From Seison nebaliae (lineage: Eukaryota), in NCBI GenBank assembly GCA_023231475.1, contig JALJEE010000053.1, positions 1 through 35,143 of the forward strand: a DNA stretch of 35,143 nucleotides, given 5' to 3'. Shown one piece after another: positions 34,660 to 35,143 of the stretch. The notes under the pieces were generated by a model, which saw only the letters and a list, made by a program, of their open reading frames with translations, was not told the origin of the DNA and made no database searches. How positions within the stretch are numbered: position 1 is the first letter of the stretch; each line of letters begins with the position of its first letter. The position numbers were made by a program, and so were the translations under genes.

Positions 34660-35143
34660 GAAGAAAAAAGAAAAAAAGTTTTGATTATCGCCGACATCAA
34701 TTAAGCGTTGTAACTCCGCAAGAGATAAGCGATCTATTGGCAGAGATGATATCGGGTCGTATGACGAAATGAATTGTTAAAGATCATCGAGATGAATATT
34801 ATGAGGTAATTCATAATAACTGATAGGGTGAGAAAAGATGGATTTGGAATGAAAGTAATATGTGTTCGAAATATATGATAAGTGGAATTCGATGTCGGAA
34901 GTTTTGCCGATAAGAGAGAGGACTTGACGACAAAAGAGAATTGGAAATGGAAGTAGATCGACAGTGGCAAAAGTAGCGAACGATTGCATCTATGAAAACA
35001 GTAAACTATCCTCCTAATGAGCCGATTGTAAGCCAAATCTTTTGACAGAAATGAACGATGTGAGCAAAAAAATATAGTCTCAAGAGAGTAAAGTGGTAGT
35101 ACCAGACTTCTGAGAATAGATAGACGAATTTTTAACGGAATAA
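34660..35143 (+). pseudogene. Possible decayed coding/TE remnant
   Basis: Composition shifts to coding-like. One frame reads DYRRHQLSVVTPQEISDLLAEMISGRMTK*IVKDHRDEYYE...DDKRELEMEVDRQWQK* with many stops. Confidence 0.2.

Overview
This is AT-rich eukaryotic (animal) genomic DNA, not prokaryotic. It looks like a very compact invertebrate genome; a small spiralian such as a syndermatan/rotifer relative is my guess only. Genes read in the standard code and carry tiny GT-AG introns (mostly 42-80 nt), which is why the ORF track is fragmented. Genes reconstructed by hand: an MMD/PAQR membrane protein, an unknown 614-aa protein with a possible PWWP-like region, an acidic orphan, GSTZ1, a spliced orphan overlapping GSTZ1, a BTB protein, a small basic orphan, a rhodopsin-family GPCR, a KIAA0319-like/AAVR protein, MED27, an NMDA receptor GluN1-like subunit and PSMB1. 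An 11-kb gene-poor block holds Mutator/Phantom-like foldback elements and decayed ORFs. Main oddities: (1) the GluN1-like subunit has lost its glycine amino-binding residues, the pore N-site Asn and the M4 Gly hinge; (2) 22 of 25 inferred splice donors are GTT rather than GTRAG; (3) PSMB1 and the GluN1-like gene are 93 bp apart with an operon/trans-splicing-like spacer; (4) GluN1 has a candidate 12-nt microexon.
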